Source of the DNA: Octopus vulgaris
Lineage: Eukaryota
Direction of reading: 5' to 3'
Assembly: GCA_951406725.2 (NCBI GenBank)
Contig: OX597816.1
Span: 110,732,001-110,796,000 of the forward strand
Length of the DNA: 64,000 bases
How positions within the stretch are numbered: position 1 is the stretch's first letter; every line of letters starts with the position of its first letter. A program made the translations under genes and the position numbers. The notes beneath the pieces were generated by a model. It searched no databases and had not been told where the DNA came from. It saw nothing but the letters and a program-made list of their open reading frames with translations. Below are positions 26,885 to 39,593 of the stretch, one piece after another.

Positions 26885-27864
26885 GGATGTTTTATACGCA
26901 CCGTAGTGATTGTTTGTATATAGGTATTACTATTTTTCCAGATGACAATTCGCAAAGCTGCCTGATATCGAATACTATTCCGTGCATCATTAACGTTTGT
27001 GCTTTGCCTACATCTGCTCCTGCTCTGGATGTATACCGATGTTGGCTTTCCTTTAAATAGTTTTGGCCACAATAAACAAAGGTACCAATGAAATAATGAA
27101 GATATTTCTCTTTATCCGACTCTCCGTTACTAGAATTCAACTAGTTTGACAAGGCCATGAGAGTTCGCGTTATGGTCACATCCATGTAACGCTTTTCGTA
27201 CGACGTTGTGTCCTGGCAATGGACATTGATAAATTTAATCTGGTGAGATATTCTGAGGCGAAAAATAGTTTAGGAGGGAGAATATACGCATTCTTCTATA
27301 TTATTTGTCAAATACTGCCAACGTAATTATTCAAGTAACCAAGACACTTTTCGATAAATACTAATAATGCACATGGGAGAAAACCAATCACCTGTTATAT
27401 TTCTTGCTAACATTCCGTCTATCTCTAGTCTAAATAAATCATTAATGTTTCTTGAAATTGATCTCATTTACGAACTCGTAACAACAACTTTAATATCATA
27501 ACGGTGAGTTGAGATGGCACATTTCCAAAAAAAAGTATGATTAATCAATATGAAATGTAGAATACTAAAGATTTTACTTTAAGATTGCATATTGTATCAA
27601 AAATTTTATTTTATTCTCTTTCGCTTATTATTACACATCTTTAGTTTTTCGTCTTTATTTGTTTTTAGCTTTCACTAAATTACCAATTCCATTCGATTCT
27701 GCATTAAATACTCTGGTCTATCATTGTCAACACATTTCAAAAGCAAAACAATGCCTAAAAGTTAAATAAATAAATATTCAGCGATTTCATTGTTGCAAAG
27801 TATGCTAATAATAAAAAGTAATATAACATTTAGGTGGGGAGTTATAGACTATGTAAAATATGAA

Positions 27865-28355
27865 GGGGTAAATAGTGACGATGGTGTTGTTGCTGTTTCT
27901 GTTGTTATTGTTGTTGTCGATGATGATAATAATAGTGATAATGGTGGTAGTAGTGATGGTGGTGGCGGCGGCGGCGGTGACGGGGGTGGTAGTGGTGGTG
28001 GTAATCGTGGTTGTGGCTGCAAAGTCGATTATGATGAGGGCAGTAGCGATGGTGTTGCTGGAAATGTCTATCATCGTGATAGTGATGATAGCGATGTTTT
28101 GTGTTGTAAATCGGCGTTGGTGGTGGTAATGGGGATAACGAACAGTAGAAGTAGGAGATTTTGAAAGAGGAAGAAGGACCCAAGAGAAGGACAGTCATAC
28201 TAAAGTTTCCGATATTGCGAAGGCGGCTGATGGCGTTCACCATGGTTTTAATGGTTAATCATAATGGGTTTATGAAAAGATATAAACTGCAGAAAAATAT
28301 CAATAATAATAATAAGGATAAGAAGAGGAATAACCACAACAACAACAATAATAAT
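27865..28355. repeat. decayed trinucleotide low-complexity tract (GAT/GGT/GTT/AAT)
   Basis: Stop-poor in several frames on both strands, which is typical of simple-repeat decay. Confidence 0.8.
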
Positions 28356-28369
28356 GTTTGTGTATATTG

Positions 28370-28567
28370 TCACAAGGCCAGCAATTTCAGGAGAGGAGCT
28401 AAGTCGAATTCATCGAAGCCAGTGATCAACTGGTTCTGATTTATGCGACCCCGAATGGATGAAAGGAAAGTAGACCTCCGAGGAATTTGAACTCAGAAAG
28501 TGAAGACAGACGAATGTCGATAAGTATTTCATTCTGCATGCTACCGATTATGCTAGCTCGCTGCCTT
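28370..28567 (-). mobile_element. SINE family 1 relative, diverged, different 3' tail
   Basis: GATGAAAGGAAAGTAGACCTCCGAGGAATTTGAACTCAG and GCTAGCTCGCTGCCTT match the rc of family 1; tail lacks TTTAGCCCC. Confidence 0.8.
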
Positions 28568-28673
28568 AAAATGATTGTAGAGTCTTATTTAAGAATGCAA
28601 CACATCGCCTGTTTCTAGAACCGAAAAACTCTAACCACTACGCTACGCTTCATCTTAATAGCAACAACAACAA

Positions 28674-28773
<100 letters not shown>

Positions 28774-29475
28774 TATAGGTTCATTTCATTATAACTTTAT
28801 TTCAGCTGCCTTTGTACCGGGCATCCTTCGGAGGCCAATTGTTTTGCAATACATGCTCCATTTTAGATGGAGAGTGCTTTCCGTAGTATATGGGCTGTAC
28901 CCATCAAGGTTATCTTTTGTATTTCACGGAGATGGGAGTTACCAAGGTGTTGCATAATATACATCTCAGCTCCCTTCTTTATCATCCCCAACGCACCAAT
29001 GACTACTGGTATTATCGTAGTACTAAGCTTCCACATTTTTGTGATTTCAGTTTGCAGATCTTTATAGCGAGAAAGCTTTTTCGTATTCTTTTCTGGAGAT
29101 ATTTTCATCTTGTGGGACTGACATATCTGTTTACTGACAAGTTTCTCTGTTTAGCCCTTCATCACAATGCCTGGTCGATTGGAGTCAATTTTTCTGTACG
29201 TTTCTATTGGGAAGTTCCAAAGGATGGTGACGCCCTAACCGCTTACTACATCCTCTGGATGGTGCCTGTACCATTTATCATGGGATTCAATTTTATAGTA
29301 TTTACAAGCATTCCAGTGGATGTACTTCCCTAGCCTGTCTTGTCTTATGAGGTACTATTTTTCAGCGAGGACTGAGATCCAGAAACAACATGATCAATTG
29401 TCTCTGAATGTTCCGCAAATTCTGCACAAGGAATCATATCTATCTTTAAGGACGTTTGCATGGTAGTTTCTGGCA
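28774..29475 (-). pseudogene. R4/Dong-type non-LTR element 3' end (zinc knuckle and restriction-like endonuclease)
   Basis: LCRICGTFRETIDHVVSG, NRPGIV, KLSRYKDLQTEITKMWKLSTTIIPVVIGALG...GTAHILRKALSI*; short 3' UTR runs into (TAA)n. Confidence 0.85.
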
Positions 29476-29477
29476 AT

Positions 29478-30340
29478 AACAAAACCTGTACGAGTAAGGA
29501 GGAAGAATTTAGATATTATATGGATAGGCTACAGGAAGGCCTTCGGCGATGTCTCCTATTGGTGTCTCTTGGTATTTCTGAGGACGCTTGGAGTCACTGA
29601 GAAGATAAACAGCTTTAGGGAATGCAATATGAGTGAGGGAAGTAGAATTGACGTATACGATTGAAATGCTATGTAATATGAAAATACGCAGGGACATTTT
29701 TCAAGGAGAGTCGCTCTCTCTTTCTCTCGCTCTCTCTCACTCTCTGCCATTACTCTTCGTCATCAACAAAACTCAGTCAGACAGGAAATCTGCAGGAAAT
29801 GGGATGAAAGTATCAGTTACCTTCTCAGTGAGTACAGTATAATAACAAAATAATATTATAAGCGCAGACATGACTGTGTGAGTAAAATAGCTCATCGAGA
29901 TGCACGACGTGGCTTCAAAACAACAGAGAAGCTATATGAGCATGAACCAGAGACAGATCTCGTAGGACTTACACATAAAACTGACTAAAATTGAAACAAA
30001 AAGACCAAGTATGATTATTGAGGATAAAATAAACAGTGTAAGATCAGAGACGTTGCAACTTCCTGTGATAGAGGTGCCGATACCAAAGAAATAGGATAAT
30101 TGAGTAATATCAGGATCTAGGCAAGAAAACTGAGCAGACTCTAGTAGATCAAGGCAATAACTATTCTTGTAGTAATAAGTGCACTTAGCACAACACCTAA
30201 AAGACAGAGAAAGATTGAAATTAAAACTCACATTGTCAACCTACAAAGAGTACCATTCTGTATTCTGCAAGAATCCTAGGAAATATTTGAGGATGTTTGA
30301 GGAGATTTGTTTTCACTAAATATCAAAATAAAACGATTAT
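29478..30340 (+). pseudogene. R4/Dong-type RT fragment plus a second endonuclease 3' end
   Basis: RRKNLDIIWIGYRKAF and IRRDIFQGESLS (29490-29830); then YEHEPE, KRPSMII, ILVVISALSTTPK and ILYSARIL (29930-30300). Confidence 0.75.
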
Positions 30341-30419
30341 TAAATTTTTGCTGATACAAAAATATTTTTAAGTTTGTCTGCAATATAAAGTTTGTCTGCA
30401 AAATACATAAATGATATCT

Positions 30420-31320
30420 AAAAATATTTCATCCGTGAGAAAAATAACCCTGACCTAGAGTTAACTTATGACTGAAAGAGACTTGCAGATTTCAAAACAG
30501 ACCATCACAGGACGTGTAAAATAAATAATACATGTCAACAATGCTATTTCCAATTATAAATATAATAAAACCAAGTAAATTTCTAGATTCAAAAGAATAA
30601 TTATATGTAACAACAAAAAGAAAATGCTTCACATAGAGTATTGAAGGACAGAATCCAAATTAGAATTACCTAAACGAACAATGATTACGAGAGAATAAGG
30701 AAGATTATATTCGAAAAGATAAAATGCCAAAGATATAAATGTTGAATGATAATATGTAATGGAATGGCAGAAATATACAAAGAATTAACATCGATAGAGG
30801 ATTTACGTGTGAAGTGACGAAATAAGCTCACAAATATAAAACAACTATAAAATGGCAATAATTACAAAACACAAATCCAGGCATCGGATTCTTACTGAAA
30901 ACGGATGCGAATATCTATATCACCTGGATAAGCAAATAATCTATGAAACACTCTATGTACAGAGAAAAATAAATCTTCCCTCAGAACTATTCGTATAAGA
31001 ATATCAAAGCAAACCAATAATGTAATAAAGAAAATGAAATATATAGAGAAATTTAGAAAACAGAAATATCTCTAAAATGTTATTGATTAACAGAAGATAA
31101 TATAGTAAAATATACTCAAAATCAAAGAATGCTTAGAACAAAGATCCTCGCTAAATCGCAAAATGCCAACGATAAAAAGATCAAGTATCATTTCAGCAAA
31201 CAAACAGCTGACTACAACCCAAGGCAATTGCATCAAAAACTGGGTAAAAACTATTGGAAACACAGTGCCAATAGTAAAGGCGGAGAAATATTCTGAAGGG
31301 AAAAATTGTCTTAGTTAAAA
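30420..31320 (+). pseudogene. probable degraded N-terminal region of an R4/Dong-type ORF
   Basis: A-rich coding-like bias and an RLAD motif near 30480; weak support. Confidence 0.35.
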
Positions 31321-32464
31321 ATTATTTGAAACTAGCGTTGTAACTGAATATATTATGGTAGGTCACATTGTCAAGGATTTACTTATATGCTTCAAAATAA
31401 ACAAAGAGATTGTGTACAATAAGAGGTGTTAACATTTCAAACTTATAGTTGGAATATTTTCTCGAAAGTACAAGTACAAGTAAACAATAATGGAGGGAGT
31501 GAAGCGGGAATACCTCGTGGCTGGCTCACGAGAGATAACCGCATTATAATCTCTTGTCTAACGGAACATCAAGCTTACAACTTTTTTTACACATAATTTA
31601 TCTTCCTAATATGTTTTTCACTGTATAAAAATATACTATAGCATTTAACTGAAAAGCGCAGCTTATTTCTAGGAGAAGATTGATCTTTGTATAACATGAT
31701 CGAAATACCAGCAGTGTCTCTAAACATCACTTCTCACCACTGGCAAATAATAACCATGGGAAAATATTCGAAATATTTACAAGCCTGGAGAGAACAATAA
31801 AAATTTAAATGACTGCAGGACTAATATACTGTTTAGATTTTGAAAAAAGTATATTACACCAAGAAAATAGCAATGTTTTGTTATATGCAACAGAATATGC
31901 TTTGAAACATATGCAGTAGTAAAACAGCCATTCGTTTTCTCGCACGAAACATAATAATTATACATACTTGGAATTGCCGAACACCAGATGCCAACAAACT
32001 ATCCTTTTAACGTGGCATTTATCACTCAGGTGGTTGGTTGGTTTACCTTGACTTTACGAATGGAGCCAAAACACGAATAGCATTTCATATACTGTATAAT
32101 ATTTTATATTTTGTGGATATATATCAAATGATATTTATCTCTCACTTGATTGAGTACATTTATGTCGATCCTAGGTTGAACGAAATCGTAAACTATAAAA
32201 CCGTGTGACCACACACGCACTGTTGGTGATATTTGACCTTCTCTGGAGCTATGCCCTGAACGTTGAAATCCCTATTTTTTCCAACTTTACCGAGCGCCAA
32301 ACTAATACATTCCATATGCACGTCCTCTTGTTTTTTCGTTATTGTTATTGTTTGATTATTAGATTTGACTATATGTATATATATATATATAAGCACACAC
32401 TCTAACATACACACACATATATATACACTGTCTTTATATATATATATATATATATATACACTCG

Positions 32465-32500
<36 letters not shown>

Positions 32501-32534
32501 GAGGTTAGAAAAATAATAGGAATAACTTTGTATG

Positions 32535-32572
<38 letters not shown>

Positions 32573-32667
32573 TAGAAAAATAATAGGAATAAAATTTGTA
32601 TGCAAAACTATGCTAGCGAGTATATTCTGACTCCTAACTCTTATACACAATGTAGTCTCATTACTCA

Positions 32668-32889
32668 ATGAGAGTATTATACATCTAATATGCAGTTCGT
32701 CTATCTTTTTGTATGACTCCCATGTTAATACGTAGTAGAATCGATTCATTCAGGTTCTGAATAACTAATCGGGGAATTTCCAGCAACTTGTCCAATAAGT
32801 CCAGCTGTAGCTCCTTCAGTAATGATGGTGGGTGAGAGAAGCGGCTTCTGATTTGTTGCTTCAAAATGCGCCTTAAATGTTCGATTATA

Positions 32890-32935
<46 letters not shown>

Positions 32936-33184
32936 GTTAGAAAAATAATAGGAAGAACTTATATGAGAGTATTATACATCTAATATGCAGTTCGTCTATC
33001 TTTTTGTATGACTCCCATGTTAATACGTAGTAGAATCGATTCATTCAGGTTCTGAATAACTAATCGGGGAATTTCCAGCAACTTGTCCAATAAGTCCAGC
33101 TGTAGCTCCTTCAGTAATGATGGTGGGTGAGAGAAGCGGCTTCTGATTTGTTGCTTCAAAATGCGCCTTAAATGTTCGATTATA

Positions 33185-33190
<6 letters not shown>
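32668..33190 (-). repeat. direct duplication (offset 295 bp) of a Tc1 transposase C-terminal fragment
   Basis: 32668-32893 and 32963-33188 appear identical. Translation [15 protein letters not shown]...LKELQ...[12 protein letters not shown]...TAY* resembles Tc1 C-termini. Confidence 0.88.
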
Positions 33191-33265
<75 letters not shown>

Positions 33266-33285
33266 ATATATGTATGTATGTATAA

Positions 33286-33317
<32 letters not shown>

Positions 33318-33323
33318 GTATAA

Positions 33324-33358
<35 letters not shown>

Positions 33359-33370
33359 TATGTATGTATG

Positions 33371-33433
<63 letters not shown>

Positions 33434-33556
33434 TGATAGAGAGATTGATAGATAGATAGATAGATATGTATGTATGTAATATAATTTTTCTGAATCTTCA
33501 GATTTTTCTCTATAATTAATATTGATCAAATTAATATCCAGTTTTTCACCCGCATT

Positions 33557-33609
<53 letters not shown>

Positions 33610-33611
<2 letters not shown>

Positions 33612-34150
33612 GTATTTAAGGATGATCATGTTGCCAGTTTAGCCAATAAAAATGCACGCACTATATATTTGGTGTTAATTTGTTTCAGCTTTATTTATTG
33701 TTTACATTAATCTTATTCTTATTTCGACCAGATTTCTTTCTTCACACTTCTGTCACCCCATCAGTGGTCCTTTGCTTTCTTCTTTCTTATTTGTGTGTCT
33801 CTCCTTACTAACAATTAGCCATTTTGTATTTAATTTAATATATCTTAATTATAAATATTGAATATATATATATAGTTATTTAATTCCATTTGTTTATCTG
33901 TGTATTTCATTATGTTTCGTTTATATTGTTATCAGTTCTGGGGGTTCTTATTCTGTCATATGTTGTGGTGTGTTAGGGTGTGTGCTAGTGTTCCATTCCA
34001 GTTTCCTACTCAAGCTAGGTTTATCTTCTTCAATGTGCGCAGTTTCTGTAAATTGTCTAAGTGTTGCGTCTGTTCTAAGTGTGGAAAATATTTAAATTCC
34101 TATGTTGTTAAGTGAGCCCCCATGTTTCTGCTCGGCGAGAGCCCCCGTGT
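33610..34150 (-). mobile_element. PLE 3' fragment: endonuclease C-terminus plus terminal region with hammerhead-like motif
   Basis: LRQFTETAHIEEDKPSLSRKLEW near 34000-34070; downstream (33726-33769) GACCA-CTGATGG-G-GTGACA-GAAG-TGTGAA-GAAA-GAAA-TC-TGGTC; ends at (TA)n. Confidence 0.55.
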
Positions 34151-34159
34151 ACCATCTAG

Positions 34160-34625
34160 AAGGGGTTTAGTCGAACAAATCGAACCCAGTACTTATTATG
34201 TTAAGCCTAGTAATTATTTTATCGACTTCTTTTGTCGAACCGCTAAGTTAGGGGAACGTAAACACACCAAATCCGGTTGTCACACACACTCAAATATATA
34301 TATATATATATATTTTTGAGTGTGTGTGTGGGACAACCGGATTTGGTGTGTTTACGTTCCCCTTACTTAGCGGTTCGACAAAAGAAGTCGATAAAATAAT
34401 TACTAGGCTTAACATAATAAGTACTGGGTTCGATTTATATATATATATTATATATACCACGGGCTTCTTTCACATTCTGTCTGCCAAATCCACTCACAAA
34501 TCTTTCATCATCAACCCGAGGCTAAAGTGGAGGGCACTTACCCAAAGTGGTATGTTGTGAGACTGAACCCAGAACCACGGAACCATGTAGTTGGGAAACA
34601 AGCCTCTTATCAAACATCGACACGT
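34160..34625 (-). mobile_element. SINE family 2 copy containing an internal inverted duplication
   Basis: Body and head homologous to 54985-55453; palindrome at 34177-34436. Confidence 0.85.
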
Positions 34626-37099
34626 ACATCTGCACACACACAAAAAGACAGACACACACATGTTACTAATATACTACAGACAGCTAATTCTTATATTGTT
34701 AATAAATTTAACTCTATTTTTTCTGTGATGCTTTCGGTTTTCTAAATATTTGTAGTGGTATAAATTTAGCAGATAATGCACAGGGTTATATTCTTAGGCA
34801 GTATAAGAAAATATCTTTCAACAGATTCATTTTCCACTCCAGTAAAATCTTTAACTGTTAAACATTTACGTAATGTTGTTCTCAAACGAGAAATATGGCT
34901 CATGCTCAATTTGTCCTTGAGGAAGTTTTCGCTGGATTTTATTGTAGATTAATTCTAGATCCATTGAAAAGTTATAAATTTACAATATATTACTTTCAAT
35001 TGCAAAGAAGGATTTGTTTCTCATTCACTTAATATTACTTAAACCACAATTAATTATGGAATATGTGGGGTGTGAAAAGATTAACTTAAAATCATTTTAT
35101 ATAAGAATGAGACAGAAATGTAAATTTAGTAGGTAACTATTAGATACTTCTTGACTCACTTTAACACTTATGGATGTAATGGAATAAAACAGAAAAATAA
35201 TCTTAATTCGGTTATTCAATGAGTTTCTTTATATTATTTTACCATCTATGGCTTATACATATTCAATCTCAAAGGACATTATCCAAAAGGCAGAAATCAA
35301 TGATTTTCAACCTGAGTTCATTTATCACATATTTTTATCAATATATCGGTTGAAATCAAGGTCTCTTCAGTATAACTCATTATATTATAGGTAGTTGTGA
35401 AAACATTTCGATCATTTCTTTGCTTTCGGAAATACAAATACATCAGTATAGGTTTTTTTTTGTATATTTCTCTGAGACTATTCATATATTTCAAAATATC
35501 TTTGTATAAATGTTCCCCCCAACAAAAGTTTTTGTTTTTATTTATATTATTTATATTTAGACGTTTCTGTACTTTTATACCACATAAGACTTCACACAAT
35601 TCAAGAGCAAAGTTGATTTTATGTTGAACGTGATGATTAGCGACCTGATGGAGTGAAAACATCTTTTAATCGAACGGGGAATAAAACACATATTTTCTTC
35701 TGGTTTGCAAACTATATGTACTTTTCATCACGATGTGCTATGCTTGAGCGTGCGTGTCAGGGGTAAAACTGAACTCATAATAGTAGGGCTAATCATCTAA
35801 AAATAATTTGTGTTGTTATGCATTACGAAATGGTAACCTAACACGGTCTTCATCTGTAAAACAAAAACGTGCTCTATCTGTATTTGTTGTCCTAATTTAT
35901 AAATTCAAACTAGGATCATTAAAATATAGCTATAAAATAAACATTGCAAATTGTAGAATTTATCCTCACCGAAAAGTGGATGCTGTGTTAGAACAAAGGA
36001 CATTACGGTAGTTACCATGAAAGACCCTCACACATACGTTTTCGGTGCATCGGTACTTGTTTACATCGCGAGCAAAGAGATAAATCTCTTGCCATCACCA
36101 CCGGTGCGACTAACAAATCAAGTGAGTTAGGTCTTCCCGAAATTGACTTTGCATCTCAAAACATTAAGACCATCAGTTTCCATACAGATGAAACGACCTT
36201 GAATTTTTTGGAAGAAGTGTGGAGGGGATTGTCACTTTCGCTCTAGCTCAATGTAACGAACCCAAAAGAAATCCAACCTTATGGAACTCTGAAGAAAACC
36301 AGCTAGATCTAAATGAAACAGAATGTAAGAAGACGTGGCATCTACCAAGCAGAACTCTTTGTCATACCAAGTTCACTGTGCAAAATAGTCTCTCTTCTCT
36401 CAAGGGACAAGCTAATCGCCTTATTTATGGAGTTTATAGTCAATCGCCTGTCATCCATCGCCATAAGCTGAACACAATGGACCTTGGGTCATCTCCAAAT
36501 CTCTCCTTTCTCTTAAATTCAATTGCCTACTTTTGTATTGTTAGTGATCCCCTAATGAAGCAACCGTTTTGTTACAGATACTTCATAACACAACGAAGCC
36601 AAACTTTCACCAATTCCCAGAAAATCTAATAGTTACTTTTAAGGGCTTCTTTAGTTAGATGTCGGTTTATCGGGAAACAAACAATGCAGTTATTAATAAA
36701 CAGTTTTGAAATTAATGTATGCAAGATTTCGTAGCTCTGGCATCCATCATTTACTCTTAGTCATTCTATGAACATTTCAACCAAACATCTTATACAATAT
36801 CACGTCGGTTGTATAAGAAAGCAAACTAATTAAACTATATACAACAAAAATAAATTATTCATGCTAAAAAAACAAGGGCTAGAGTTCAGCAGAAATTGTT
36901 CGCAATATCCCCTATATCAGTGGATTTCTCTTACGTCGTAAAAGGACAAAAACAATTTGAAAGTTTTTACTGTTCAGAATATTATTTTTCTGTTAGTTTA
37001 CACATGTTGGCAGATTAGTTATACATAATAAATCACTAAATCACTCCAGTATACGAAACAAAAAAAAAACAATGATATATGTTAGCTTCTACACACAGA

Positions 37100-37133
<34 letters not shown>

Positions 37134-38170
37134 CTAGCAGTATAACCCGGCCTTGCCCGGGATTAAGTTATGATTATTAAGCTTATCAAGCTCTTTATTT
37201 CAAACCAAACTAAGTAACATAGACGTCAAATTTGGGCGAAATCCGTTGTAATTAGTTATATATATAATATAATATAATATAAATAAATATGGGCAATAGA
37301 CACGAACAAACATATACACACGTACGTACGTATACACCTATTGCATGTTTTGTGCACGCATACATGTTGATAAACAGAAATGAATTGAAAAAATGTTAAA
37401 TTTGTAGATTAACACTCGCACAATTTTCACCAAGAAAAGAAACCATTTTTTTGGCATGGGATCAACTACTCTGGCCTCAAAACCCTTTTTGTGGTCCGTC
37501 AAACGGAGTGAGGTGTGGTGGAAGCCTCGCAAATTGTACCCATTTATATTATGTAATTCACTGACAAATTGTTACTCACCTCTTTGTTTCTTTGTTGTTA
37601 AATAAATGGATTTTCAACAAAACACTTTTTTACTCGGCGTAAAATAAAAACAAAATTCTTTCGCAACCAAAGTAATGTGTGTGAGAGAGAGAGGGGGGAG
37701 AAAGATGAACGATTTAAAATAAATAAATGATTTAAAATAAATATATTGTAATTGTTATGTGAGAAAGTATATATACTATGATTATAAAATATAGTGCGCC
37801 TTTCAAAAACAAAAAACAAAACATCTTGAATTTTACTTTTTAATGAACGTAGTCACTTACTCTCTCTTTCCCTCTATCTCACATTGCCTTTCCCATGAAA
37901 CTCTCTGCCTCCTTCTATTTTTCTTTATCTTTCTTTTTGCTAGACGCCATCAAAAAGTAATGGCTAATATTTGTTATGGTTAAAAGCTATGGTTGAAAAT
38001 GTTTGAAGATAGATTTTTCCCTATCCGCGGGTTCCTCGGGAAACAAATAAGTTGACAAAACCAAGATAGTGTGTTGAGAAATGTCCTCCCAAAATTTGAG
38101 CGATGTGCCTGCTAATTTGTGGATGTGCATAAATTACAATTACGTACACACACATCCTCCCTTTTATAGA
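37134..38170 (-). mobile_element. non-autonomous Helitron (~1 kb)
   Basis: CTAG at 37134 with CCCGG-CCTTGC-CCGGG hairpin; opposite end (rc) TCTATAAAAGG gives the 5'-TC; TA-rich insertion site. Confidence 0.75.
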
Positions 38171-38187
38171 TATGATATGATATGATA

Positions 38188-38223
<36 letters not shown>

Positions 38224-38242
38224 CATATATTATTTATATATA

Positions 38243-38596
38243 TACTATATATAAATGGCAGTTTCTCTCTGTCTGTATGTCTGTCCGTCTGTATGTTACC
38301 ATCTTGCTGCCCAAACTAGGGAACCTATCTCCACCAAACATTGTAAACCTGTTGAACTAACATTCAGTTTAATTATACGCTAATTGTATTTCTATAAAAA
38401 TCGATAATGGAGCGACTACGAGGGCTGAGCCATTGCGTGATAAAATGAGGGGGGGTGCAAAAGTTTTAAGTTCAAAGAAATGTAGCAGAGCGAGTATGGC
38501 TAATATCAGGGAAAGGGAAGAGACAGGAAGAGATAGACACACACGAATTGTAAGAGACAGACGGAGAAAACGACAGACAAGGACACTTCGATACAT
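38243..38596 (+). mobile_element. Helitron 5' fragment
   Basis: TATATAAATGGCAGTTTCTCTCTGTCTG resembles the 5' end of 21338-21717; 3' end not found. Confidence 0.5.
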
Positions 38597-38617
38597 ATAA
38601 AAAAGAGTTTATAAAGA

Positions 38618-38666
38618 GGTCTTATAGCTGTTTACGGGATATTTTATATATCCCTTCATCTGAGTC
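38618..38666 (-). ncRNA. degenerate hammerhead-like motif
   Basis: GACT-CAGATGA-A-GGGATAT-ATAAA-ATATCCC-GTAAA-CAGCTA-TA-AGACC; perfect 7-bp stem II, core mutated at two sites. Confidence 0.45.
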
Positions 38667-39362
38667 AGTGCGAAAATGTGTTCTGTGTTACTTTGTGAGA
38701 AAATGTCTCAATAACTGCCAAAAATTAATGCTATTACCCTGTATTCTATGCCCGGAATTTTGCAAGCTTTTGTGAATGTGCAACAGTAATTCTTACAGGA
38801 GATATCCCCTGCTGTGTTAACAGGGAGTTATAGGAAATTGCTGTTAACTGCAAGTGAAAATATATACGCAAGCAGAAGCTCACATGAGGAATCGAAACCA
38901 GTTCTAGTAGTATACTGCTTATTAAAAGAAAAATCAGTAACATTAATGACAATTTTCTTTAGAGGCAGAAGAGACACACACATGAGATTCAATTTGATTA
39001 AGGGTAATTGGGAGTATGCAGATACATTTTACAACCTATACTACACGAGTAAAGCAGGGTCACCGACTGTACGGTAATCAACATGCCAGTATCCACGTAA
39101 ACTTCCATCTCTTTAAGCTGTTTAGTTTTGATGACGGGTCTTTGTGCCAGAAATATACATATAGGCTACTCCACCTACCTTTTTTCCATTGTGAGGTGCT
39201 CCCCGCCTTCAGTATTTTAAATGTTACTTGTGTTTCACAATGGTTCACGCTCTTCTTTTTGTTTTCATTCGTATATTGTAAGCTACTACAAAGTGTAATT
39301 CTTATAAATTGCTTCTTTTGCGTGCCCAATATAACATTACAGCTGACGTCCAAAACAATATT

Positions 39363-39593
39363 TATTTCTTTATTGTCCACAGGGGCTAAACATAGATGGG
39401 ACAAACAAGGAAAGACATAAGGATTAAGTCGATTACACCGACCCCTGTGCGTAACTGGTGCTTATTTAATCGACACCGAAAGGATGAAAGGCAAGGTCTA
39501 CCTCGGCGGAATTTGAACACAGAGCGTAACACAGACGAAATACCGCTAAGCATTTCGCCCGGCTTGCTGACGTTTCTGCCAGCTCGCCGTCCT
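39363..39593 (-). mobile_element. SINE family 1, full length, with TSD
   Basis: rc of 283-518; flanked by ACGTCCAAAACAATATT (39346-39362) and ACGGCCAAAGCAATATT (39595-39611). Confidence 0.92.

Noticed and set aside
27790-28243. Gly/Asp-rich and His-rich ORFs
   Set aside because: Decayed trinucleotide repeat, open in several frames.
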